The position numbers and the translations under genes were made by a program. A stretch of 59,601 nt of DNA, the filler included, from Squatina squatina (Eukaryota), in the NCBI GenBank assembly GCA_031763465.1. It is 4 parts of 3 records of this genome, joined end to end, with 100 filler letters (N's around TTAATTAATTAA, not from the genome) between each part and the next. Parts side by side here need not be neighbours in the genome. Positions count along the whole stretch, not along the records: positions 15,446 to 29,641 come from JARFOE010000016.1; positions 29,742 to 46,389 come from JARFOE010000058.1; 2 more parts are not named here. The stretch is one strand, 5' to 3'. Shown one piece after another: positions 23,245-35,398 of this stretch; the stretch's first letter is position 1, and each line of letters begins with the position of its first letter. The notes under the pieces were generated by a model. It ran no database searches. It was given only the letters and a program-made list of their open reading frames with translations, and was not told the DNA's origin.

Positions 23245-23674
23245 GCTGGCCGGAGTTAGCCCGACAGATCCCCAACTCCTTCCAAGGTGGCTGAGCGGCG
23301 GCCGGGCGGCGTTTTCATGCAAACAGCAGCGGGGCTTCGGGCTGGCGGGGCGGGCGGAAAGAGAGAGAGAGAGTCAGAGAGAGAGAGAGAGGGGAGCAGG
23401 GACACGCACACTCACTCACTCACTTATTCAGAACGCCACAGCTCTCTCTCCCACTCTCTCTCTCTCTCTCTCTACAACACATCGCCCCGGCTCCCCGCAG
23501 ACACTCACTGCGAGCTGCAACAGGCAAGCTTAAAAGAAAACGAGATCATCGCGTCACCCAAAGTCGGCATTCTTTAACTGTCAACTTCCAAATAAAACGA
23601 AAAAAAACACCACACACACACACAACTCGTCAGCACCGGGGCCATCAACCCCCCCCAAATACATCACAAACACA
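23245..23674 (-). promoter_or_regulatory. CpG-rich TSHZ1 5' UTR / proximal promoter
   Basis: Local CpG enrichment, GC boxes (GGGGCGGGCGG ~23347), and GA and CT tracts upstream of the start codon. Confidence 0.7.
23256..23318 (-). other. Upstream ORF in TSHZ1 5' leader (20 aa)
   Basis: ATG 23318 to TAA 23256 encodes MKTPPGRRSATLEGVGDLSG, ending 11 nt before the main ATG. Confidence 0.6.
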
Positions 23675-24294
23675 NNNNNNNNNNNNNNNNNNNNNNNNNN
23701 NNNNNNNNNNNNNNNNNNNNNNNNNNNNNNNNNNNNNNNNNNNNNNNNNNNNNNNNNNNNNNNNNNNNNNNNNNGGTTTGATATCTGCTCTGTACTGAGT
23801 CAGCTGATCTGTACGGATGCTATACTAGCTTCAGTATAGTTGAAATAGCAAGGGAGTCAAAGAAAAATCAGCCTGAGCCTGTCCTGACTGCTGTCTAATA
23901 AGTCCTGCTGGAAAGTGTACATGTGAAGTCCCCTGTGGTTGAATCACATCATCTCACACATGCAGAATTCGTCATCTGGTCGAGGTACCAGTGAATGAAT
24001 GGCACCAATGAACACTGAACCTCAGTTACCAGAAGAGGAGGGGAAAACACTGGAGCCCCGAACTTCTTGGTCCTTGATGTGCCACTGAAAGTGTAGTAGA
24101 ACAGGGTTTTCCTGTCCACATGCAGCCAAGGATAAGGGTCCCATCCCAAATCGTGGTGACAGGGTCATTTAAATAGTTGGCTGGCACCACAAGAGAAGTG
24201 CCTGCTGACATATATGGCTCAGCTGAATGTTCAACCCACTTATGCTCAGAAAAGATGGCAGCACTCTGTCTATCAGCAGGATTTGTGTTTTCAA

Positions 24295-24720
24295 CTCAAT
24301 CCGACCAAGTTGGTAGCACTCTTACATCCAGATCAGAAGATTATGAATTGAAGCCAAATATCAGAAAATTGAGCATGTAGTCTATAATAACACTTCAGTA
24401 CAGTACTGCAATGTTAAACTGAGGCCTACCTGTCTGTTCCGGTGGTTCAGCTGGATGTTAAATATCTCATGGCACCATTCACAGCAAAGGAGAGAGTTTT
24501 CCTGGTGTCCTGGCAACATTCATCCCTTGATCAACATTGCCAAAAACAGATTAACTGAACATCGATATCATTGCTGTTTGTTTGATCTTGCTGTGTACAA
24601 AAGGGCTGCCATGTTTGCCTGTATAACAACACTTCACTGCACTACAAAATAATTCATTATTTACAAAGTGGTTTGAGATATTTCAGAGAGACATGATAAG
24701 GTGCTATATAAGTGCACTTT
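24295..24720 (+). mobile_element. Degenerate Deu-domain SINE
   Basis: Collinear similarity to 14680-15130, including GGTGTCCTGGCAAC and the AAGGTGCTATATAAGTGCA tail. Confidence 0.7.
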
Positions 24721-25114
24721 TTTTTTCTTTTCTTGGCAGATAGGTATTTAATGACAGCCAGAGCAGATCAGGGGCGATCTTTCTGTCCCAAACGCGTTTT
24801 TAAAGATGTCAGGCAACCAGTAGCAAATTCTTAAAGAGGAGTTGAGCGGGAGGAGATCAGGGCAGATCTGACTATTGACGGCAAGATCAGAAATCGCCAG
24901 TCTTCCCCATTCTTTTAAGCCCTGGAATCATTCCAAATGTCTGAAAACTGATCAAGAAAAACAGGAAGAATTAACAAAACTTTAAAAGTCCCTGATGCAT
25001 ATTCAATTAAACTCTGATCATGCTTGGTCCAAATCGAGCCATTGCCTGCTCAACTGCTGCTCCATTAATTGTTCAGGCAGTGTGATCCTGTGCTGGGTTC
25101 ATATAGGGGTGATG

Positions 25115-25345
25115 CTTAAATGGGACTTGGTGCAAGTTAGGATACATGTAGCAAAGTTTTGGAACAGCTTAAGTTTAGAGGGTGGAAGATGGGAGGCCAA
25201 TAAAAGCATTGGAATAGTCAAGTCTGGAGGTAATAAAAGCATGAATGAGGGTTTCAGCAGATGGCTGGGAAGGAGGACAGGCGATATTATGGAGGTAGGA
25301 AGTTGGCGATCTTTACAATGGGAGAGGATATGGAGTTAGAAGCTC
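25115..25345 (-). mobile_element. L2 LINE fragment
   Basis: GCATTGGAATAGTCAAGTCTGGAGG is the reverse complement of sequence encoding SRLDYSNAF, an L2 C-terminal motif. Confidence 0.7.
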
Positions 25346-25429
25346 AGTCTGCAGACACTCGACATTACGAACTTGTATCCTTCTCCACCACTGTTCTAAT
25401 TTGAAAAGTGCATTATTTTTATTTTAAAA

Positions 25430-25799
25430 AGACATTGCATTGAGTTGGCTTTGCGCATGGGTCGGGCATAGACGCTATTATATCACGAGCACAAGGGGTT
25501 TCTATTTTTGCTTCGTTTAAAATCCCCAGTCTGGGAACCGGCGCAACTCGCGCCAGCCGGAGGCCCGGGTCACCACTGTCACTGGTTGGTGATTGGACCA
25601 GATGACACCGGCACGTGATTGTTTGAGACTCGCGTAACAATCGGGCAAAAAAACAGGAAAACGGCAGCGCCGTATAAAAGCCGGAGGGTTTGAGCGAGTG
25701 CTCTGCAGCGGAAAACATCGCCCCTGCAAGTACTTCCCAATGGGGACTGACCGTGCAGACAGATCCGTCCTTTAAAAGAACAGCCTGCTCTTCCCGGGC
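25430..25799 (+). promoter_or_regulatory. CpG-rich RNA polymerase II promoter candidate of an unidentified gene
   Basis: Inverted CCAAT (ATTGG 25592), E-box CACGTG 25612, TATAAAAG 25673-25680 and many CpGs. The downstream sequence runs into a gap. Confidence 0.6.
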
Positions 25800-26385
25800 N
25801 NNNNNNNNNNNNNNNNNNNNNNNNNNNNNNNNNNNNNNNNNNNNNNNNNNNNNNNNNNNNNNNNNNNNNNNNNNNNNNNNNNNNNNNNNNNNNNNNNNNN
25901 NNNNNNNNNNNNNNNNNNNNNNNNNNNNNNNNNNNNNNNNNNNNNNNNNNNNNNNNNNNNNNNNNNNNNNNNNNNNNNNNNNNNNNNNNNNNNNNNNNNN
26001 NNNNNNNNNNNNNNNNNNNNNNNNNNNNNNNNNNNNNNNNNNNNNNNNNNNNNNNNNNNNNNNNNNNNNNNNNNNNNNNNNNNNNNNNNNNNNNNNNNNN
26101 NNNNNNNNNNNNNNNNNNNNNNNNNNNNNNNNNNNNNNNNNNNNNNNNNNNNNNNNNNNNNNNNNNNNNNNNNNNNNNNNNNNNNNNNNNNNNNNNNNNN
26201 NNNNNNNNNNNNNNNNNNNNNNNNNNNNNNNNNNNNNNNNNNNNNNNNNNNNNNNNNNNNNNNNNNNNNNNNNNNNNNNNNNNNNNNNNNNNNNNNNNNN
26301 NNNNNNNNNNNNNNNNNNNNNNNNNNNNNNNNNNNNNNNNNNNNNNNNNNNNNNNNNNNNNNNNNNNNNNNNNNNNNNNNNNNNN

Positions 26386-26451
26386 TATGATAACAGTTTT
26401 GACAATGGCAACTTCCACATATCTAGAGGCTATAATTACCACCAAGGACCG
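26386..26451 (+). CDS. AGL: Glycogen debranching enzyme, internal exon (5' part lost in gap)
   Basis: YDNSFDNGNFHISRGYNYHQGP|gtaatt compared with recalled human [22 protein letters not shown]. Confidence 0.9.
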
Positions 26452-26544
26452 GTAATTATTTATACTACATTTCATCAAGTTTAGCTACAGTGCTTTTACT
26501 ATATAATGTTATGATAGACCTGTATATTGTATTTTTGGTTCTAG

Positions 26545-26678
26545 GAATGGCTGTGGCCTGTTGGATATTTCCTACGTGCAAAGTTGCATTTTTCAAAAGT
26601 GTTGGAAGAGAAATTGTATGAAGACACTATATATTTAGTGAAGAATGTTCTTTCTCATCATTATGATTACTTGGAAAA
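26545..26678 (+). CDS. AGL: Glycogen debranching enzyme, penultimate coding exon (134 nt)
   Basis: ttctag|[44 protein letters not shown]..|gtaagt compared with recalled human [18 protein letters not shown]...LVKNVLSRHYVHLER. In phase with the previous exon across a 93-nt intron. Confidence 0.93.
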
Positions 26679-29641
26679 GTAAGTCAATAATTTAGAGAAC
26701 TAAATAAATCTTTTGCAGAATTTTTATTAAACATTGCCCCAAAATCTAGATTCACATCAAATCACTACAGTAACTTGATTTCTGTCTGTATCAGTTGTCC
26801 ATCTGTGGTATTAGTTCAGCTTGTTTTTTTTCTCCCCTTTTTGGTAAAATACAATCTGCCTTCTGGCGTTCAATAAAACCCTCCATGTGCTAAAATGTAC
26901 TGTTATATTCGGCAGTAAAAATTGATTTTACTGTATGGGATATTAAAATGAACTTTTAAATTATCCCTGCAACGTTCCCACCGCGCGAAATTGACTCGGC
27001 GTTGTTGGCTGTGCTTCTGCAGAATTCATACTTAAATATTTCTAGTCTATTGGAATAAATAGCGCCTGGCGAGGTATCAAAGTACGAGTTCCTGTAAAAG
27101 TCAAATGTCCTAGGGCAGAGGGTGGGGGGTGGCTCTGGAGCCTTTCTGTTGAAGTCCTTTGCCCTGTCTGGGCTCAGATGAGTGATAGTTGTGGGTTTTA
27201 TATCTTTCCACTCGTGATTGTAATCATTTGGGCGGGTTCTATGCAGTTTCTGGAGTACGAACAATAAATCTAGCAGGCAGGCATTCCTTGCAAAGCAGCT
27301 TTTGTGCTCGAACCGGGCGAGAGCTTCGCAGTTTGATGTTGGGTGTACTGGACAGAGATTTTAGTTTGTTGAAAGTCGCTCTTATTTGAGCTGATGCCTT
27401 GCAGACGATCTGACACATATCTGATCAGTTCATTTTGAGCTTTTTATTTTGCTGGTAATGCCACGTTACCGTGTTCTGCGAAGACCGCTGTCTTTTCTGC
27501 TGGCTGGCTATATTTATATGGCATCCGGTAAATACATGCTCAGATCATATCCTGTTACACATCTTATTAGCAGGTCATTAGCTCAGCCCGGGGTAAAGGA
27601 ATTTCATTTTAGTCAAAATGAATGCAAACACGTCAAGGCAATAAACAGCACAGTGGATTGAAGTCTGTGTTGACTGTCGCGATTTGAAATGTACAGTGAA
27701 AGCCGCGTTTGGGATTCTTTAGAAAGTCGGCGTGACGAACAGAGAATGTAGAATTACAGTTTTCACACATTAAACTAATCCCTAAGGAATCTTCAGGGCC
27801 CTAATGTACACCGTTTTAGTCACGTGAGGGATCGGATCTCAGCCCAAAGTCACGTTAATCCCAACAAACGAGTAAAATTAAAGACTTTGTGGGCCGCCTT
27901 TTAAAAGTTATAAAGTCATCGCTCTGTTCTTCACTTCTAAAAAAAATGTCATCTGGAACGCCGAGAGCTGCATTGCAGAACTAAGAATTAAACGCCAATC
28001 ACACTAACGAGGAGAATGGATTCCGGATCATTTTTGGCCACACAACACCTTGCACCTTAACTCCAGGCACAAGGTATAATGCACACTGGTGCATCTCCCT
28101 CTGATTATTCTCAATTGCTGCATCAGGGGCTGGATTTTTAGCTTGTATTATTTAACTATCGCGTTCTGGACAGCTGATGGTGACGGGGCAGGTTTGGAAG
28201 TTTTATGCGTGACTTCTGTCTTTGTTGCTCCATGAATGGAGCGCACCTCACACTCGCTCTTGATGCAGCGATGGACCCGAGGATGACATTGCTAAATTGC
28301 TCCATTGCCAAAAGAAAATATTATAAATGTTGCTGTCTGCCTTCGCCAATCAGACGCATTTTTGCCAGAGCAAATTTTCTGCAAAGAGCCCACGAAGAAT
28401 CTAGTTTTTTTTAAAAAAACATTTNNNNNNNNNNNNNNNNNNNNNNNNNNNNNNNNNNNNNNNNNNNNNNNNNNNNNNNNNNNNNNNNNNNNNNNNNNNN
28501 NNNNNNNNNNNNNNNNNNNNNNNNNNNNNNNNNNNNNNNNNNNNNNNNNNNNNNNNNNNNNNNNNNNNNNNNNNNNNNNNNNNNNNNNNNNNNNNNNNNN
28601 NNNNNNNNNNNNNNNNNNNNNNNNNNNNNNNNNNNNNNNNNNNNNNNNNNNNNNNNNNNNNNNNNNNNNNNNNNNNNNNNNNNNNNNNNNNNNNNNNNNN
28701 NNNNNNNNNNNNNNNNNNNNNNNNNNNNNNNNNNNNNNNNNNNNNNNNNNNNTTCTTTCTGAGGACATACATTTTTCGTCATCACTAAGCAATATTCCCA
28801 GCGCAAATACACTTGTTCGTGTTCAAAATGGGAAGTCGATTTCCAATGAAGTGAAACAAATTCAATTTAGCATCTCAGTACTTTTTTTCCGAAAAAGAAG
28901 TGTAATTAAAACTCTTCTAGAAAGTTTACCATAGCACACGTACAGACCATATTTCAGTGCACTAGCTCTGTTAAATAAGTCTTGGCGTTAAATAATTTTA
29001 TGGCGAACAATTTTTCGCTTAATAGGAATGGACTTTTCTTGTGAAGTTTTCTGGGGAGCTGCAGTTGACTTTAACAGAGTTTCTTTAAAAAAAACCTTTC
29101 CATTTAATTTACGTTATACTTCAGTGTATTTTAATCATTCTTAAAATTCTCTGCAGTCTTAAATGCTTTCGTTTTATTGTATAGCACACCGGCCAGCGAG
29201 TATTCTCCACCAGTTCATATCTGAAAGCTGGGAGCAGCATCAGCAGAGCTGCAGTCGCAGCTTCCCAGTGAACTGCAAACCTCCCACAATGGACTGAAAA
29301 GCCTGTGGCAACGTCCTAAGAAACTTAGTTGAAAAATATCCGAAGGAATTTATCCTCATCATAGCAATATAAAAATGATCTGAACCTGGGACCACAATGA
29401 GGCACCATATTGATTCTCATCGCTGTTAGTGATAAAAACATTTATTGTGATAGTTGTCTCAGCAGTCAGCAGTTAACCTTCCCAACACTCATATCACCTG
29501 CTGTTGAATTATCAACCTACAGCTTACAATTTGAGCAGGTGCTGCTGTAGAGCATTAGTTGCTTCATTTATACATAAAAGAAAATTAATTTTCAGGTTAA
29601 CATATCATTTATCTGTGTGATCACAGGAATTCAATGTAGTA

Positions 29642-29741
29642 NNNNNNNNNNNNNNNNNNNNNNNNNNNNNNNNNNNNNNNNNNNNTTAATTAATTAANNN
29701 NNNNNNNNNNNNNNNNNNNNNNNNNNNNNNNNNNNNNNNNN
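29642..29741. other. Artificial scaffold spacer N44-TTAATTAATTAA-N44
   Basis: Identical to 15346-15445. Confidence 0.97.
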
Positions 29742-32700
29742 GGACACTGGAGAGACTGACTGGCAACCATCAAACTACATCACAGAACATCATTTTGAGC
29801 ATGGAATGGGGATAATAATTTTATGTGCGACAGAATTTTGGACTTGAAGAAAATTTAATTGAATTGAAATAAATGTCATACAACTCACTGTATTGAACTT
29901 AGCAAACAGCTTGTTATCTGGCTCTCTCTAATTAGGAAGAGGAATGTGTATTGACTTTCCCGCCTCTTCTTTGCTCCACTATTAAGCTTTAAAGAGGAAA
30001 GTACGGCTCAGAAAATGTAGAAGTGCCTGCAGTAGCGTAGAGCTCAGATTTGGTTTATGTGTGAATTAAATCCTCCTGATTCCTGGTCTGGGTTTTTTTT
30101 TAAACGAATTTCTGTAGATCTATGACAATAAAATAAATACAGGTGAACTTAATGGGAACGCTCATTTTATGGACACTGTGCTATTGTTCTATCTCCCTGA
30201 TTTGATTTGATCTCAGTATTACGATGAAAGTTAATTATGGGAATGTACTTACTCGACCAAGAGCACCATCAAATATCATTACTTTTCCTTTAGGGATAAC
30301 TGGTATATTTAAAGTAAGTATCATTCCTCACATGATTACTTGGAATAACGTTGCTCCTCTCCCTATATTTCTATATTCATGACTTTTTTGGGTGGACATG
30401 AAGCTCTGTGTAAGCTTGAAGAACCTGAAAATGCATATTATTTAAACGGTCTTTCAATTCTAGTCATGAACAAGATGAATAATGAGATATATAGACTAGA
30501 GTAGGTATAGATAGTGAAGATATTTGTTAAATCAATTAGATTTAAAGTCTAATTTACCTCAAGCCAATAAAATAGGTTAGGCATACTTGGCAATTTGCCA
30601 CTCCTGAAGGATAGGGAAATAGTAATAGAGTCACTTTTGATGGAACTTATAAATGTCTTTTAGAGAGTCTTTTGATTAAAAAAGAAGAGTAATTATCATC
30701 ACAAACTAGGGGTAGCCAAAATGAACATGGCCTGATCCTCTTATGAAATCTTATGAAAACCTTGGGCAAAAAAGTGCCAAGTAGAATAACAGCCATTTTT
30801 ATATCCTCTCTAACTCTATCAGCACCGATGAAGCTCTAGTTGAAATGTGTGTGCAACAAAAATAGACATAAAGGGGAGGCATCTATATAAGCTACATTTA
30901 CTGGAGTAATGATAGAAAAGATCAAATCTGGTCTTGGGGCTAATCATACTGAAGTCACAACTTATGAATTTCTTAGGAAGAAAATTATAGTCAACAGCAA
31001 CTTGCATGGTTACTGATTAGGCAAAATGATATGGTCCAGAAATGAGCAGAAAATGGAAAGTATGCTCAAAGTAGAGGGAAGTGGATTACTCATCAGTCAA
31101 ATTGCTGGAATTGTAGGATGACTGCACACCAATAGAAATGTGATGAAGTAACCTTCTAACATTGTAATTCTGATCTACATAGCACTGACAAACTGAGTTA
31201 GTCTATGCAGGTAGCTAGCAAAGCAATTGAGATGATACATCACTGTTACAAAAAGAACTGAAGGTTTTTCTGATTAATAGTCTCCACCCAAAACGTAAAC
31301 TGATTTGTTTTTCCTGTCTTTNNNNNNNNNNNNNNNNNNNNNNNNNNNNNNNNNNNNNNNNNNNNNNNNNNNNNNNNNNNNNNNNNNNNNNNNNNNNNNN
31401 NNNNNNNNNNNNNNNNNNNNNAAAGCATATGCATTAGCCACAGTGCATCTTATCACCAAATACCTTACATTTGGCATGTAACAGGGATACTAAAATGGTA
31501 TATAATTTGATCATTTAAGGTATTTGTTTTTCATCATAAAATGTTTGGATGTCATCGCATTTAATTAGACGTTATGGAATGTACTCTCCCGGGCCTCTTC
31601 TATTTCTTCAAATCTCTTGAGTTACCCAAAGAAAGCTATGAGCCTGGGGACTTTAATCAGAACAGAAGCAGAGATGAGTCATACACTCTTGGAATGGATG
31701 TGTAACAGGCAAATAGATGTAGTTGTAATTTGTCAGTTGTGGTCTTTAGTGGGATGTATGCTTTTTGCATACTATGTTTTGTGGTCATGTAAATTGGTGC
31801 ATGCAATTTCCCTTTTCTAATTCTTGTCACTGTCAAGTCAATTTCATATATCCAGTGCTCTCTTTTGCATAATTAAATTAGAAGTTGAATAATGCAATAC
31901 AATGCAGCAGAGGAGATTTTGTAATTTAAAAGAAAAGTATTTCAATACAGATTTATTAATTCTCAGATTAGAGCTTTCCTGATCGCTCAACANNNNNNNN
32001 NNNNNNNNNNNNNNNNNNNNNNNNNNNNNNNNNNNNNNNNNNNNNNNNNNNNNNNNNNNNNNNNNNNNNNNNNNNNNNNNNNNNNNNNNNNNCCAACGTC
32101 TCTGCATTTCAGTTCTATTTCTCCAGAAATTACCCCCAGTGCTTTGTTTGCATTCGTTTTGGCCTTGTTACCTGCAATGCTGCTTTTAAAGATTTGTGAA
32201 TCTGTACCCCTAGAACCAGTTGCTCCTTTACCCCATTTAGACTCATCCTTCCCAAGGAGTATATCGCCTCCTTATTCCATCTATCAAAATACACCACCTC
32301 ACATTTTTTATATTAAAATTCTGTCAAATAAAGATGAAGGACTCTTGAGCAAAAACTGAACACAGTTGGTGGGAGTATAGTTCCCCTCTAGTGATTCTCC
32401 TACACAAATCCTCTTATCCACCCTGCAAACTAGCATTGCTGCACACAGCTGTTCTCACCGATAAGGTCGATGATTTACAGCTATTCATAGCACACCAATA
32501 TTAAAGAAATCTATCATTTTTTCCCCCCTTTTCTATGCATTGTCTTTATAGTGTGTGTATAGTGGCTGGATGTATTTTAAATAACATTAAGCTGAGATGT
32601 AAGCTGCTGGGAATTTTGTGCTCAATGTTTTTCCACGTAGGCGCCATGATATTCTCCTATTGACTAAAGAGATTTAAGTCTCAGTTATCCTTTGAATTGT

Positions 32701-32889
32701 GATTTTAGGTTTTTAGTAGAACTAGAGCAGTTTCACTGCAGTTGACATATACAGATCTTGTTCCCTGTGGACCTGGAAATCCTATCTTTTCAGTAATCTT
32801 GCAGAGTTATGTGTTCTGCAGGCTACCAATTACCTTATTTTGTTATAATCTATAAACTGGAATAAATTATTTCAAATTAATCTTACATC

Positions 32890-33154
32890 TCCAGACCCAC
32901 AGCAATGTGGTTGACTCTTAACTGCCCTCTGAAATGGCCTAGCAAGCCGCTCAGTTGTAACAAACCGTTACAGAAAACAATAAAAAGAATAAAACCGGAC
33001 AGTCTACCCGGCATCGATCTCGGCACCGATTTCAGACACGACAATGTCACACCCAAGCCAGTCGACCCTACAAAATCCTCCTCACTAACATCTGCAGAAT
33101 TCTGTCAAAATTGGGAGAGTTGTCCTGCAGACTAGTCAAAAACAGCCTGACATA
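32890..33154 (+). mobile_element. LINE 5' region / AP-endonuclease N-terminus fragment
   Basis: ILLTNI...KLGELSCRLVK.QPDI-like translation, matching the start of a non-LTR endonuclease domain. Confidence 0.65.
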
Positions 33155-35179
33155 NNNNNNNNNNNNNNNNNNNNNNNNNNNNNNNNNNNNNNNNNNNNNN
33201 NNNNNNNNNNNNNNNNNNNNNNNNNNNNNNNNNNNNNNNNNNNNNNNNNNNNNNTTCACTTAATTGCAATCAATAATAGACTGTTGAGCAATATGCTTGT
33301 CCTGTTTCATTTCTGTCTCACCTTTTGTTCTGCTATTTTCTTTCCCAGTGCAATTTAATCTTGTACCGGTTTGTCATGCATGATGATGCCTGACCATATT
33401 ATAGATTCCAAAGCTATATTTGACATTGGACTTCTAATTCTGTTTAGTGATACCAACTGCATGATTGACGGTGATAGAATATATTCTTAAAAGAGAAGTT
33501 AACCCTGTTTAAGTGATGATGAATTTCAATAACCCACAATCGGTCAAGTGTTTTGACCCAGCTGATACTGTCTTACAGTGAACTTTGGTTTATAACATTG
33601 CACTGCAAAGGTTTGAACCCATTTCTTCTCCCCTTATCATTGTATCCTACGTGATAGTCCATAATAATTCTGCCAGTTTTCCTGCACAGCTTTTGGCTTA
33701 AAATGCACTGAAATAGAGTAACATGCCAAAACATTACTACTCATATCATTTACATCAAAATTAGAGACGTGTATTGAATTTCGAAGCATCAAAAGTTAAA
33801 CGCCTGTTGCTACTCTCCTGCAGCAGAAGGTTGTGATTCCTATGTGTGTTATTTTCAGTGTACTGGTTAACACATTTGCTTCAGATTCCAGTTTAACAAA
33901 GTCACTCATCTGTTTAAAGTAAGGCTAGAAATGAATCTTTTNNNNNNNNNNNNNNNNNNNNNNNNNNNNNNNNNNNNNNNNNNNNNNNNNNNNNNNNNNN
34001 NNNNNNNNNNNNNNNNNNNNNNNNNNNNNNNNNNNNNNNNNACAGCTGCAATAAAACTTGAGGATGATTGGAAATGTAAAATCTGTCTCATTTCACATTT
34101 CAGCATGATGCCTAGATCAATGTTACAAACACAAAATTATACCATGTTGCAAAAGAGAAAGGGAACTAGAATTAAAAACCCACATTTTTCATCCAGGTTA
34201 AGAGACCGATGTTCATTTACCTGATTTAGATTTGTAATTGTTTAAGATGATTCTGCCATTTTGATGATTTAATTGATTTGACAGGAGATTTATCTCTGTT
34301 AGAGTTTATTATGGAATTTAAATTACAATAATTTATTGCTAAACTGAGGAATTGGTTTCTAAAGGGAGGAATATATCTATGCCAAATTGTAGAATCTTTG
34401 GAGTGTACATGTGTAACAAGATAATGGGCTCACCTGGCAAGGTCTCTTTCATCAAAATGATCTCTCTCTATATCCATAATTGTGTTGGAATAGAAGCAAG
34501 TTTCTATGAGTAACTGCCACTTCCTACTCTTGAGGAAGAAATAGGTTTCAATGTTCAGCAATCATACCATGTTTTTTTCTTTTTAAAAATAAAGTGGAAT
34601 AATTTAAGCAGTAAAATTAAATTCTACTTTATTTCTCTTATCCATCTCTAGAATCCTGCCATGCATCATTCTGCTGGTGGAGAGGTCAGCTAGCTGACTG
34701 CTCCTGTCATTAGGAACTTCCTGAGACTGGTCTATTTTACCATAGACTCTATTCCAGTACTTAATGAAATGAAGCTTCTACATAAATGTTCATTGATCAC
34801 CAAAGCAAAACTCCATGATATTGATCCTTTGTTGATCCGTGTTTACTAAAACCTCTAGATTCCTTTATTTTAATTTTTAGCTATTTGCTTGCCTCATTCA
34901 TTTTTTCTAACAGTGTATAATAATTTATATTTATACGTATTGAATTTCATCTGCTACTGGTTTCCCACCGACTGTTACATATTTTATCCAATTCATTTTG
35001 TAGGTCTTTTAGGTTAACTCTTCAGATTTGACTACCTCGCTATCTTCCTTTCCAGTTTGGTATTCTTAACAACTCTGTCCAGTTTCTATCGAGCTTCGAC
35101 ATATAGGTCTTTATAATTAACAGACACACCAAGCCATGCATTGATCAAATCAACTCAAAGTCACTTGGAGTGACTTTGT

Positions 35180-35398
35180 GAAATAGTGGATGCATTGGTG
35201 GTCATTTTCCAACATTCTACAGAATCTGGATCAGTTCCTATGGATTGGAGGGTAGCTAATGTAAACCCTCTGTTCAAAAAAGGAGGGAGAGAGAAAACAG
35301 GGAATTATAGACTGGTTAGCTTGACATCGGTAGTGGGGAAAATGCTAGAGTCCATTATAAAAGATGTAATAGCAGAGCACTTGGAAAACAGTGACAGG
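35180..35398 (+). mobile_element. CR1 LINE RT fragment
   Basis: IFQHSTESGSVPMDWRVANVNPLFKKGGREKTGNYRLVSLTSVVGKMLESII. Confidence 0.92.
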
